DNA from: the human T2T-CHM13v2.0 reference genome, Homo sapiens
Length of the DNA: 64,000 bases
Assembly (NCBI RefSeq): GCF_009914755.1
Contig: NC_060928.1
Strand: one strand, 5' to 3'
Numbering within the stretch: the stretch's first letter is position 1; every line of letters begins with the position of its first letter. Position numbers and translations under genes: made by a program. Below the pieces are notes generated by a model. That model was not told the origin of the DNA. It did not search any database and was given only the letters and a program-made list of their open reading frames with translations. This document shows positions 33,777 through 48,290 of the stretch, piece after piece.

Positions 33777-36092
33777 AAAATTCAATGTTTATTAAGTTAT
33801 TTTAGGAACTGTATATTAAAAAAATTATATGGTCACTAACTTTTCTCAAAACCTTACATTATTTTAAGTATCTGGTTTACTTTGCACAGGCATTTTTAAA
33901 AACATTAAAGAAAAAATAACTGTGACATGTCATCTCATTATTGAATAAAATCTCTTCTTAAATGATTCATAGTTCCTGAAAACATTAAGCTTTGAAAAGA
34001 AAAACAAGTTAACAATTGCTTCTACTCCATAACTGTTTGCTTGACAACTATACTTCTTTATCCCGCATCTTATAGTTAATATGACTCTGTTTAATAAAAG
34101 AAACATCTATGAAAGCATTAGGAGAATCCAATAACCGAAACTATCGTGTGCTTATAATTTTAATTTTTATCAGTACATTTTGTATCCCCTGATAAAAGTC
34201 AAAACGGAAATAGATCATTGTTTATTTTATACCTTCATACTAGCACTGAATAAATCTGATATTTATCCTCATACAATGACCTACCTTGAGTTTTTTGGTA
34301 AGGTTAAGAATGCAGCAACTATCATGTGAAGTCTAGAGCATACCCCAAGGGAAAAGAGAAGGAAGATCGTTTTCTTCCCTCAGTTCATTGGATCCTCTTC
34401 AGGGTTTATATATTGAGCAAAGTAAATGGGTTGTGAGGCTTAGAGCCATAGCACCTGTGTCTGGTAGAAGAAAATTTTGTCTTCTCTCCTAACAACTATA
34501 CTACGTTACAAGGACCTATGTTGTTCTACATTCTATACCTCTTTATCTAAAAATCTGTTTGATGTTCTCTTCTGTGTCATCCACTCCAATTATTTGTTGG
34601 CATATACAGTCTATGCAGTATTGGTCATGGAATAGCTACACGAGTAAGTCCTTGAGCTAGCAGGGCTGGGAATCATTACTCATCCAGAAGTGCCATGGCA
34701 CTGTGTAATAGACGTATCATCTTTTTCATCCTGGACTCAAATTAAGATGTGGCTTTCCTACCTAAGGAAAAGAAATATAACACTTTTCATTGCTCAAGAG
34801 CAGAGACACCAGCTGGCAGAGGGAACACACGTACGGACAGATGGCTTAGATGACAGAGACATCTCCAGAGCTAATGGACATAAGCCATTTCTGGATTACC
34901 ATTTTACATCTCTAGCCCATATAGGGATCAGAAATACTTAACTGTCCAAGGCAAATACGGCTGTAACTAAAGATGTCTGAGAAAGACAGCAATGGAGGCC
35001 AAATGGAGTACCATTAATACCAAGGATAGGCATCACCCTCACAGCTCACTAAGTCACCCTAGAAAGGACACACTAACCATATTTTGAAGGTGTTCTCAGT
35101 TTTAGCTTTCAAAGATCAACTGGAGAAAAGAAGATTTTAAGATAAAATCTTGGTGACAGAGTTAGTACCTTAATAATCTCTTATAGTTCACAAGCTCTGC
35201 CTCATTTCTGACATTTGACATTACAAAGATAATCACCCCAAACTAAGTGGAGTTTAGTTTGCTCATGTAAACTTACACTCATCCATGTAAGGCCACAAAG
35301 AAGCTAGTCACAAACCAAGACTTAACCAATGAAGTAATTTCTCTATGGAATTAGTTGGTCATAAACCATCCAGCCAGATAGATGAAAGGGAGGATAATAA
35401 GTATGCATTAATTATGATTCTTTACATAAATAACATGTTAGAAATGGGACTAATTTCATGAGAGTAATAGAATCACTTCAAAACATTTTTATGAGCAGCT
35501 TCAAGAGCATATTTCATTTAGGAAATGATTCATTTAAGGTCTCATCACCTCAAAGTAGTCGATACATATACAGTTAATAAGCAAATGTTACCTAAAAATG
35601 TTCCTCAAATCCCACGTTTTTTTCCCAAAATGCATTTGTTTAGTGAGTATATTTTTGACATTGAATGTTTACTAATTGTACAGTAAACCAAATTTCTACT
35701 ATACATTTGAATTTATCATCTGTAAGTTTGGACATGCAAATATTTCAGTAAAAAAGACACAAAAAATTGTTTGAGTCAAGAAGGGAAACCATAATAGATA
35801 GTTGAAATAATTTTCCAGAAAAAAATCAAAGCATAAGTTTTATAAGGAAAGATTTTTTATTTCTTTAAAAATAAACCATATACTCTTGCCATAAATTAAA
35901 CAATAAATAATAGCTCAATGCTGCTCTTGAATTGTCTTTGAAAATAAAACTATAATTTTTTTTAGTAACTTCCTATTAAAATCAGAAAACAGAGTTTTAA
36001 AAAATTTTGCCTGCAGTGAATTCAAAAAAGTTGGGAGAATATATTGTCTTAGAACTGGAAAAAAAGTAGCTTTATAAATGTCATGGTGGCTA

Positions 36093-36855
36093 ATAATAAA
36101 AAAAATAAAAAAATAGATGTTGGCATGGATGTGGTAAAAAGGGAACACTTCTACACCACTGGTGGGAACGTAAACTAGTACAACCACTATGGAAAACAGT
36201 GTGGTGATTCCTTAAAGAAGTAAAAGCAGAACTACCATTTGATCCAGTAATCCCACTACTAGGTATCTACCCAAAGGAAAATAAGTCATTATACAAAAAA
36301 GATACTTTCACAGGCATGTTTGTAGTGGCACAATTCACAATTGCAAAAATATGGAACCAGCCCAAAGCCCATCAATCAATGAGTGAGTAAAGAAACTGTG
36401 GTGTGTGTGTGTGTCTGTGTGTATGTGTGTGTATGTATATATACACACACACATACATATATATATATACATACATACATATATATATGATGAAATACTA
36501 TTCAGCCATAAAAAAGAATGGATTAATGGCATTTGCAGCAACGTGGATGAGACTGGAGACTATTATTCTAAGTGAAGTAACTCAGTAATGGAAAACCAAA
36601 CATTATTCTCACTCATAAGTGGGAGCTAAGCTCTGAGGATGCAAAGGGATAAGAATGATACAATGGACTTTGGGGGAAAGGGTGGGAAGGAGTTGAGGGA
36701 TAAAAAGCTACAAATTGGGTGCAGTGTATACTGCTTGGGTGATAAGTGAACCAAAATCTCACAAATCACCACTAAAGAACTTACTCATGTAGCCCAATAC
36801 CACCTGTTCCCTAAAAACTTATGGAAAGAAAATAAGTAAGTAAGTAAATAAATAA
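36093..36855 (+). mobile_element. 5'-truncated L1PB1-like element with internal (TG)n/(TA)n/(CA)n microsatellite
   Basis: L1PB 3' end and a perfect 19-bp TSD ATAAATGTCATGGTGGCTA at 36074-36092 / 36856-36874. Confidence 0.92.
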
Positions 36856-37036
36856 ATAAATGTCATGGTGGCTAGTTAGGAGTATTATATATACTTAGTA
36901 AGTAGGCATTCTATTCAAATGAAAAGATTAAAGATTAGAAAAGTGACAGGCTATAAAACTAATACAATTACTTTTCTGGGTGGACAAACAAATGATCAAA
37001 TTCTCATGAAACATTCTGGATTAAAGAAGTTTTTCT

Positions 37037-40000
37037 ATACTGAAAACTCAAAAAGCTAGAGTGTCTCTTCTCCAAATGACTGCAACACCTCTCCAGCAAA
37101 GGCACAGAACTGGGTGGAGGCTGAGATGGCTGAATTGACAGAATTAGGCTTCAGAAGATGGGTAATAAAGAACTTCACTGAGCTAAAGGAGCATGTTGTA
37201 ACCCACTGCAAAGAAGCTAAGAATCATAATAAAACAATATAGGAGCTGATAGCCAGAACAGCCAGTTTAGAGAGGAACATAACTGACCTGATGGAAGTGA
37301 ATAACACAATATAAGAAATTCACAATGCAATCACAAGTATCAATGCAGAATAGACCAAGTGGAGGAAAGAATATCAGAGCTTGAAGACTCCCTTTCTGAA
37401 ATAAGACAGGCAGACAAGAATACAGAAAAAAGAATGAAAATGAATAAACAAAACCTCTGAGATGCATGGGATTATGTAAAGATGTCAAACCTAAAACTGA
37501 CTAGGGTACCTGAAAGAGATGAGGAAAATGGAACCAAGTTGGAAAACATACTTCATATGCTGAAAAACATATATCATCCAGGAGAACTTCCCCAACTTAA
37601 CAAGACAGCCCAACATTCAAATTCGGGAAATCCAGAGAACCTCAGTAAGATACTCCATGAGAAGATCAATGCCAAGACACATAATCATCAGATCCTCCAA
37701 GGGCAAAATGAAAGAAAAAATGTTAAGGGCAGCCAAGGAGAAAGGCCAGGTCACCTACAAAGGGAAGCCTATCAGACTAACCATGGACCTCTCAGTGGAA
37801 ACTCTACAAGCCAGAAGAGATTAGGTACCAATATTCAACATTCTTAAAAAAAAGAATTTCCAATCCAGAATTTCATATCTGACCAAATTAAGCTTCATAA
37901 GGAAAGGAGAAATAAGATCCTTTGCAGACAAGCAAATTCCAAGGGAATTTGTCACCACCAGGCCTGCCTTGCAAGAGGTCCTGAAGGAAGCACTAAACAT
38001 GGAAAAGAAAAACCGTTACCAGCCAATACAAAACCACACTGAAGTACACAGGTTAGTGATACTATAAAGCAACCATGTAAACAAGTCTGTAAAATAAGCA
38101 GCTGGCATCACAATGATAGGATCAAATTCACACATAACAATGCTAACTTTAAATGTAAATGGGCTAAATGCCCCAATTAAATGACACAGAATGGCAAGCT
38201 GGATAGAGTCAAGACCCATCAGTATGCTGTCTTCAAAAGACCTATCTCCTGTGCAAAGACACACATAGGGTCAAAATAAAGGGATGGAGGAAAATTTCCA
38301 AGCAAATGGAAAACAGAAAAAGCAGAGGTTGTAATCCTAGTTTCTGACAAAACAGGCTTTAAACCAACAACAATAAAAAAAGACAAAGAAGAGCTTTACA
38401 TAATGGAAAATGGTTCAAGTCAACAAGAATAGCTAACTATCCTAAATATATATGCACCCAATACAGGAGCACCCAGATTCATAAAGCAAGTTCTTAGAGA
38501 CCTATAAAGAGACTTAGACTCCCTCACAATAATAGTAGGAGCTTTAACACTCCACTGAAAATATTAGACAGATCATCGAGACAGAAAATTAACAAAGATA
38601 GTCAAGACCTGAACTCAGTTCTGGATCAAGCAGACCTGATAGATACCTACAGAACTCTCCACCCACAAACAACTGAATATATATTCTTCTCATCACCACA
38701 CAGCACTTTCTTTAATATTGATCACATAATCGGAAGTAAAACACTCCTCAACAAATGCAGAAGAAATGAAATCATAACAGTCTTTCAGACCACAGTGCAA
38801 TCAAATTAGAACTCAAGATTAAGAAATTCACTCAAAACCACACAACTACATGGAAATTGAACAACCTGCTCCTGAATGACACTTGGGTAAATAATGAAAT
38901 TAAGGCAGAAATCATTAAGTTCTTTGAAACTATGAGAAGAAAGAAACAATGTACCAGAATCTCTGGGACTCAGCTAAAGCAGTGGTAAGAGGGAAATTTA
39001 TAGCACTAAATGCCTAACATCACAACTAAAAGAACTAGAGAACCAAGAGCAAACAAACCCCAAAGCGAGCAGAAGACAAGAAATAACCAGTATCAGAGTG
39101 GAACTGAAGGAGGTAGAGACATGAAAAACCCTTCAAAAAAAATCAACAAATCTAGGAGCTGCTTTTTTGAAAAAATTAGTTAGACCACTAGCTAGACTAA
39201 TAAAGAATAAAAGAAAGAAGAATCAAATAATCAGAAATAATAAGGGGGATATTACCACTGACCCCACAGAAATACAAACAACCAGAGAATACTATATAAC
39301 AACAGAGAATACTATAAACACCACTATGCACATAAACTAGAAAATCTAGAAGAAATGTTTAAATTCCTGGACACATACACCCTCCCAAGACTGAAACAGG
39401 ATGAAACTGAGTCTCTGAATAGACCAATAATGAGTTCTGAAATTGAGGAAGTAAGAAAATAGCCTACAACCAAAAAGAGCCCAGGACCAGAAAGATTTGC
39501 AGCTGAATTCTACCAGAGGTACAAAGAAGAGGTGGTACCATTTCTATTGAAACTATTCCAAAAAATTGAAAAGGAGGGACTCCTCCCTAACTCATTGTAT
39601 GAGGCCAGCATCATCCTGATACCAAAACCTGGCAGAGATACAACAAAAAAAGAAAACTTCAGGCCAATATCCCTGATGAACATTGATGCAAAAGTTGTCA
39701 ATAAAACACTGGCAAACCAAATCCAGCAACACATCAAAAAGCATATGCACCATGATCAAGTCAGCTTCATCCCTGGGATGCAAGGTTGGTTCAACATGCA
39801 CAAATCAGTAAATGTGATTCATCACATAAACAGTACTAAAGAAAAAAAAAACACTTGATTATCTCAATAGATGCAGAAGGGGCCTTTGATAAAATTCAAC
39901 ATACTTCATGTTAAAAACTTTGAATAAACTAGGTATTGAAGGAATGTACCTCAAAATAATAAGAGCCATATATGACAAACCCACAGCCAATATCATACTG

Positions 40001-42134
40001 AATGAGCAAAAGCTGGAAGCATTCCCGTTGAAAGCTGACACAAGACAAGGATGCCCTCTCTCACCACTCCCATTCAACATAATATCAGAAGTTCTGGTCA
40101 GGGCAATCTGGCAAGAGAAAGAAATAAACCGTATTCAAATAGCAAGAGAGAAAGTCAAACTATCCCTGTTTTCATATGACATGATCCTATATCCAGAAAA
40201 TCCCATTATTTCACCCAAAAAGCTTCTTAAGCTGATAAGCAACTTCAGCAAATCTCAGGATACAAAAGAAATGTGCAAAAAATCATAGCATTCCTATTCA
40301 CCAACAACAGAGCCAAATAATGAATGAACTCCCATTCACAATTGCTACAAAAAGAATAAAATAAAATTGCTAGAAATACAGCTAACAAGGGAAGTAAAGG
40401 ACCTCTTCAAGGGGAACTACAAATCACTGCTCAAAGAAATCAGAGAGGACACAAACAAATATAACAACATTCCATGCTCATGGATAGGAAGAATCAGTAT
40501 TATGAAAATACTCATACTGCTCAAAGTAGTTTATAGATTCAATGCTATTCCCATTAAACTATCATTGATGTTCTTCAGAGAATTAGAAAACAACTATTGT
40601 AAAATTCATATGGAACCAAACATACAAGACAAGCCTAAGCAAAAAGAACAAAGCTGGAGGTATCATGCTACCTGACTTCAAACTATAGTACAAGGCTACA
40701 GTAACCAAACAGCATGGTACTGGTATAAAAACAACATAGTACTGGTACAAAAACAGACACATGGACCAATGGAATAGAATAGAGAAGTTAGAAATAAGAC
40801 CGAACACCTACAATTATCTCATCTGTGACAAAACTGACAAAAGCAAACTATGGGAAAATGATTCTCTAATAAATGGTGCTGAGAGAACAGGCTAGCCATA
40901 TGCCAAAAATTGAAACTGGACCCCTTCCTTACACCTTATACAAAAATTAACTCAAAATGGATTAAAGATTTCTAGGATTTTTAGAGTTTTGGGTTTTACA
41001 TTTGTTGTAAACACTTCACAAGAAAATCTAGGCAATACCATTCAGGACATAAGCATGGGCAAAGATTTCAGGACGAAAACACCAAAAGCAATTGCAACAT
41101 AAGCAAAAATTGACAAACGGGATCTAGTTAAACTAAAGAGCTTTTGCACAGCAAAAGAAACTGTCACCATAGTGAACACACAACCTGCAGAACGGGAGAA
41201 AATGTTTGTAACTTATCCATCTGACAAAGGTCTAACATCAAGTCTACAAGGAACTTAAACACATTTATAAGAAAAAAAATCCTATTAAAAAGTGGGTAAA
41301 GGACATGAACAGGCACTTCTCAAAAGAAGACATTTATGTGGCCAACAATCAGGAAAATAAGCTCAACATCACTGATCATTAGATACATGCAAATCAAAAC
41401 CACAATGAGATACCATCTCATGCCAGTCAGAATGGCTATTATTAAAAAGTCAAGAAAGAACAGATGCTGATGAGGTTGCAGAGAAAAAGAAATGCTTTTA
41501 CAGTGTTGGTGGAAGTGTAAATTAGTTCAACCATTGTGGCAGAGAATATGGTGATTCTGCAAAGATCTAGAACCAGAAATACCATATGACCCAGCAATCC
41601 CATTACTGGGTATATGTCCAAAAGAATATAAATCATTCTATTATAACAATACATGCACATGTATGTTCACTGCAGTACTACTTACAATAGCAAAGACATG
41701 GAATCAACCCTAATGCCCATCAATCATAGACTGGATAAAGAAAATGTGGTACACATACACCATGGAATACTATGCAGCCATAAAGAGGAATGAGATCATG
41801 TCCTTTATAGGACATGGATGGAGCTGGAAACCGTTATTCTCAGCAAACTAACACAGGAATAGAAAACCAAACATTGCATGTTCTCACTTATAAATGGGAG
41901 CTGAATCATGAGACCACATGGACACCGGGAGGGGAATAACACACACTGGGACCCGTCAGTGGGGTGGCTTAGGGTGAGGGAATAAGCAAGGATACCTAAT
42001 GGATGCTGGGTTTAATACCTAGGTGATGGTAGGAGATCTGTGCAGCAAACCACCATGGCACACATTTACCTATGTAACAACTCTGTACATCCTGCACCTG
42101 TACCTCTGAACCTAAAATCAAAGTTGAAGAGAAA
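37037..42134 (+). mobile_element. 5'-truncated LINE-1 (L1PA11-13-like) starting within early ORF1, inactive
   Basis: ORF1 and ORF2 remnants. 3'UTR GGATGCTGGGTTTAATACCTAGGTGATGG..GATCTGTGCAGCAAACCACCATGG. Probable TSD AAAGAA(G/A)TTTTTCT at 37023-37036 / 42135-42148. Confidence 0.92.
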
Positions 42135-42485
42135 AAAGAAATTTTTCTTTTCACTGGCAAAACAATTATCAGCATTTTGGATTTTTTCTTACTAAGGGAA
42201 ACAAAATTTTACACATTAACGCCTTTATGCTATCATATCTATAATAGTTCTTATTTTTTCTTATTAAAATTTATGTAAATACTTTCCATTGATTATGTGT
42301 TCCTCATAATTATGAAACATCATACAGTGATTTTTATTTAAAAAAATTACAGCTGAACATTTTACTTTACGCCCAGAAGGGAAAATGCATCTCATGCATT
42401 TCTATTATGCTTAGAGGTACCCTAGGAAGATCTACTGCACTTGACTATTTCCTATGTCAGAGGCTAGAAAAAATTATATGTAAGT

Positions 42486-42698
42486 ATGTATGTGTGTATA
42501 TATGTATGTATGTATGAACGAGATGGAGTCTCATTCTTGTCGCAGCTCGCTGCGACCTCTGCTTCTGAGGTTCAAGCAATTCTTTCTGCCTCAGCCTCCC
42601 AGTTAGCTGGGATTACAGGAGCCCGCCACCCAATCCTGGCTAATTTTTTTTGTATTTTTAGTACAGATGGGGTTTCAACATGTTGGCCAGACTGGTCC
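42486..42698 (-). mobile_element. Truncated Alu with (TATG)n-converted tail
   Basis: GAGATGGAGTCTC...GCCTCAGCCTCCC...TTGGCCAGACTGGTC, with an internal deletion and most of the left arm missing. Confidence 0.85.
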
Positions 42699-42744
42699 TT
42701 TTTCTTTCTTAATAGTGAACTTTTTGGCATTTTACTTTTTATAT

Positions 42745-43082
42745 ATTTCTTTTCAAAATTTTTTATTTTACGTTTGGGGGTACATGTGAAGGTTACATAG
42801 GTAAACATGTGTCACAAGGGTTTGTTGTACATATTATCACATCCCAGGTATTAAGCCCAGTACCCGATACTTATCTTTTCTGTTTCTCTTCCTCCTCCCA
42901 CCCTCCACCCTCGAGGAGGTCCCAGTGTCTGTTGTTTCCTTCTTTGTGTTCATAAGTTCTTGTCATTTAGCTCCTATTTATAAGTGAGAACATGTGGTAT
43001 TTGGTTTTCTATTCCTGCGTTAGTTTACCAAGCATGATAGCCTCCAGCTCCATCCATGTTCCTGCAAAAGGCATGGTCTCAT
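42745..43082 (-). mobile_element. L1PA13/14-like 3' end fragment
   Basis: Reverse complement of L1 3'UTR (GGGGTACATGTGAAGG, CCCAGTGTCTGTTGTTTCC, TAAGTGAGAACATGTGGTATTTGG). Confidence 0.85.
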
Positions 43083-43348
43083 AGCCACAATTGTTATTGA
43101 GCAGAAGTAAAACCATCTACTAAAAATTATCACTATCTCTTCAATAATAGGAGTGTCCGAAGAATTTTTGGCTGAATACAACCATGGATTAAAGGTACTG
43201 TATAAAAAGTGCTTTTATACCACCAGATCCTCCCGCAACACTCCCTCATGCCTACTTCCCTGCAAAAACAAACAAATAAAAAACCAAAAGGGCTGAAGGA
43301 AATGCAATCAACAGAACATGGAAATAGGAGAGCATCAAGAAACATGCT

Positions 43349-43668
43349 GGCCGGGCATGGTGGCTCACGCCTGTAATCCCAGCACTTTGGGAGGCCAAGG
43401 CAGGCAGATCACCTGAGGTCAGGAGTTTGAGACCAGCCTGGCCAACATGGCAAAACCCCGTCTCTACTAAAAATACAAAAATTAGCTGGGCATGGTGGTG
43501 CGCACCTTTAGTCCGAGCTACCCCAGAGGCTGATGCAGGAGAACTGCCTGAACCCAGGAGGCAGAGGTTGCAGTGAGCTGAGATTGCGCCACTGCACTCC
43601 AGCCTGGACGATAAAGCAAGACTCTGTCTCAAAACAAACAAACAAACAAACAAAAACAACAAAAAACA
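43349..43668 (+). mobile_element. AluSx-like with (AAAC)n tail, about 50 nt from the host exon donor
   Basis: Full dimer with TSD AAGAA(A/C)CATGCT at 43337-43348 / 43669-43680. Confidence 0.94.
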
Positions 43669-43721
43669 AAGAACCATGCTAAAGATTTCACATGGTCGCC
43701 TACAGAGAAAACATAGTTTAC

Positions 43722-43805
43722 CTTGGTTTTTGGAGGTGGTTTTGGCATGTCTCTTTCTAAGCCTCTTGTTAAAAGGATGGGCAGGGAGTTCTTATAATAG
43801 ACCTC
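43722..43805 (-). CDS. Internal coding exon (84 nt, phase 0/0) of an unidentified host gene: [28 protein letters not shown]
   Basis: On the minus strand: branch-like CTCTAAT, polypyrimidine tract GTTTCCTTTATACTTCTTTTGTAG|GAG acceptor and AAG|GTAAAC donor. Length is divisible by 3, only one frame is open, and the sequence is non-repetitive. L1 orientation bias agrees with minus-strand transcription. Confidence 0.8.
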
Positions 43806-44869
43806 CTACAAAAGAAGTATAAAGGAAACATTAGAGATTAAAGAACACTTACCCTAACCAAAAATTACAAGGTAGTGAAAAACAGTTTTGAAGAGAGAGC
43901 ATTTCTGGATTGAGTTGTTCACATCAGAAGCTGGTGAAATTGTAGTACGGAGTCAAAACTTTTCCTCTTACATGTCATATACAACAATAAAGTAAGATAA
44001 GATGGTGATGGAGTAGGTGAGAGATGTACAGTACATATATTCAGAGATGATCATTAAAAATCATATCTGCACTGTTATGTCATTTTATCACATACATATC
44101 CAGTATAGACAGCTTGCTCTTCTTTTGAGAAGTGAATAGTTAAATCTCCAAAATATCAACCAACAAACTTAAAGTCGCCAACATTCCCTACATTTTACAG
44201 ATGTATTCTGACTCTTTACATACTTGACCTTAAACAATTTCCTTCAGATAATTTACCAAACCACTATTAAATGGTGATAGTTTTGTATTAACACCTTGTG
44301 GAAGAATATATGAGTATCTGTTTCCAGAATTATTAAACCTCCAAGTCCTTGGTTCACACCAAAAGAACATTTGCCAAAATAATGGCAGAAATTACAAGGA
44401 GGCAGCTGAGGCATAACTGTATAGATTTATTATTTATTCATACACGATGAACAGAAATGACAGTAATCTTGTTTGTTTTGTTGTTTCAATAATGCAGAGC
44501 CTCACTTCCGAATAGCCATTAACTTGGATAAGCTTTCCATAGATGATTCCATCTCCAAATTAAGATAGGAAAATAATACATAAAAGGAAAATTATAGGCA
44601 ACAAGAAGGCTGAGAAAGTCAGTCAGATTTTTTTCACTTATTCCATAATCCTCCATATCCCATTTCTTCCCCAACATTCCTGCCATTCAATCATCTAAAT
44701 CATACATTTTTTAAAAGTTTAGTTTATGGCTAATTCGTTACAATCTTTTAAACATAATTTTAGTCTGCATACTTCAGAATATTATTAAAATTTGCTAGAC
44801 TTATATTCATTTATTTCTAAAGGGAACAATATATTATTAGGATAAAATGTCCCTAAAGAAAGTAACAAC

Positions 44870-45300
44870 ACTACTTATTATTAATAAAGATTGAATCTTA
44901 TGATGTATTGGGCGTTGCTAAAGACTGCATTTATAATGCCGTTTTTACGCCCAATAGCCCTATGAGCTAGGAACTATTATCATCATCTCCCCTTTAAGGC
45001 TAACACAATGCAGGCTTACAGAAGTTAAGTAAACTTGCCCAAGGTCACACAGGACTCAAAGATTGTTCTGTAAAACATTAGGGCCTGAGCTCTTAATACC
45101 TTTATATATTACTCATCTCCGATATACCATACTTGGCATCTAAAACCACTAAGTTGTGGAGCCATAGCATTTTAAAGCCAAAAGAGTTTTGTAAAGGTCA
45201 ACTAGTCGGCCTCCCTGATTTTACAGATGAGGGACTTGGATTCTAAGGTGATGTGTCCAAGATCACATAGACAGTGGCAAAGCTGAGACTCATGTCTGGA
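44870..45300 (-). mobile_element. MIR fragments
   Basis: GTTAAGTAAACTTGCCCAAGGTCACACAG and ATTTTACAGATGAGG core motifs. Confidence 0.7.
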
Positions 45301-46459
45301 CCACAAAGTAGTACACAGCACATGTTCTCAGGTTTGTGCTAGGGACAAACATTCCCAGATGCATAGGGGATTGGAAGCCTCTTCTAAGCTGGGGAGTAGC
45401 TGCAGGTACTGCCAACACTCTCAGCTGCCTGTGGCCTCACATAGCCCTTATGTAAGTACCAAAGGGTACATTTCAGAGATCCCTAAATAAGTGTGCATTC
45501 CAGTCTTACCCTTTCCCACTAGTTACAGCACCTGCTGGTGGTAAGCTGCTTTCTGGAAATAGTGAATGAACCCATTCCCGCTTCTGACTCACTGTGAGAG
45601 GGATAAACTATATCCAGCATGACATTTAGGAGAGCCAACTGCATAATACATTGCATAATTTGACTATGCTTGGATAACACAATTATGCTTTATGCTTGTA
45701 CCTGTTTTTTAAAACTACTGGTATGTAAATGCTAGAATATGATGAAAAGAAACAAGGCTGACTGTTAAGGGAAATTAGTAGAAATGTCTGACTGTTGTCT
45801 ATGACTGTCTGAGTGTTTACAAATGCCTATAATTCTTTCTTCCTTATGCAAAAAACAGAAGTGACAGTATTTCTTTATTCTATTTTCCAGCCCTGTCTCT
45901 GTGAATTAATGGGCACAAGGCTGACAGTCAACTTTTTCCTATAAGACTCTGAAAGCATTTTTTCTAAACTTCTATTTGCAAATGTCACCTACATGAATTA
46001 TATTTACTTTTTGTTTTATGACTTTAAACTTAGACAATACAGACAAAGTAAAGTTTAGCAGTCTGAGAATGAACTGGCAGATAAGAGATCTAGCTCAAGG
46101 AAGAAGTAGTATTTATTGATGAAAAGACAAGCCAGCACCCGTTCAGAGTTGCGTTCCCAGTGCCCCATCAGAATGGTACTGAAACAGCAGCTCCCACCCT
46201 TGCAGCAAGCAGCGAGCAAGGGGGCTGCAGAGCCACAGGACACAGGTAACACCTTCCTATAAGGCCCATGGTACTTAGATTTCTGGAGAAAAGTTAAATA
46301 ATTCAACTAGTAACCTAAGCAAATAACTGGTGATAACTTAATGTATTCTTTTAAAATATATATTATGCAGTTAAGTATGAAATAGTAAGATAAAACATTT
46401 TCTAAATCTTTATAAAGCCATTTATATTTGTACATATGTATCTGAGAAAGTTGAAAATT

Positions 46460-47265
<806 letters not shown>

Positions 47266-47994
47266 TTTTTTACAAAGCCATGTAAAGAACGTTCCCACAT
47301 TCTCAAGGTAAGAGACCTCGGGTTTGTGTTCAAACTCTTCCTTTAGAAGAACTTTTTAGAAAAAGTTTGGAGGGGGATGTTGTGTTTCTAAGTGTTAAAT
47401 TGTATGTAGGCATGAAAATTTATTCAACAAATATCAACTGAATCTTATTACTAGTTGGAATGGGTGGTATTCCAATGCTGGGCACTGGAGAACGAAGTGT
47501 CAAACTGGACATTAATAGATCACATACGGCATATTTATACTTATTTTAAACATTTGATCTACTTACATGAGACTTTTGACTGAACCAATTGCTTACTTTA
47601 ATGACCTTTGCACAACACCTACTTGCTTAAACCAGCTGTGTCATGGTATCATGAGAACACCAGTTAAAAATACAATAAGGAAGGAAAAAAATACCTTATC
47701 ATGGTTTCTTTTGCCTTACTATTCAACTACTAATGACATTTAAAAATAGGAAAGCACTCACTGTCCCCTCAGCCTTGCACACTACTTCCACAGCTCTTTT
47801 AAGGTTTGGTCCCTTGTTTCATTCAGGTCTTTGCTCAATTTCACTGGAGCAGGTTATCTTCCCAGGATGCCACCTGGGAAGGGATATTAATCACTACCTC
47901 CCTCCTCTTCCACTTGTTGCTCTCTATCCCCTACCCTATTTTATGTTTCCCCATAGCCCTTAGAAATATCCAACCTTAAACTTACTGGTTTTAA

Positions 47995-48290
<296 letters not shown>

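Noticed and set aside
46205-46230. CTCF-like GCGAGCAAGGGGGCTGC, and isolated AP-1 heptamers (e.g. TGACTCA at 45585)
   Set aside because: The 5' half of the CTCF core matches poorly, and single short motifs are expected by chance in 64 kb.
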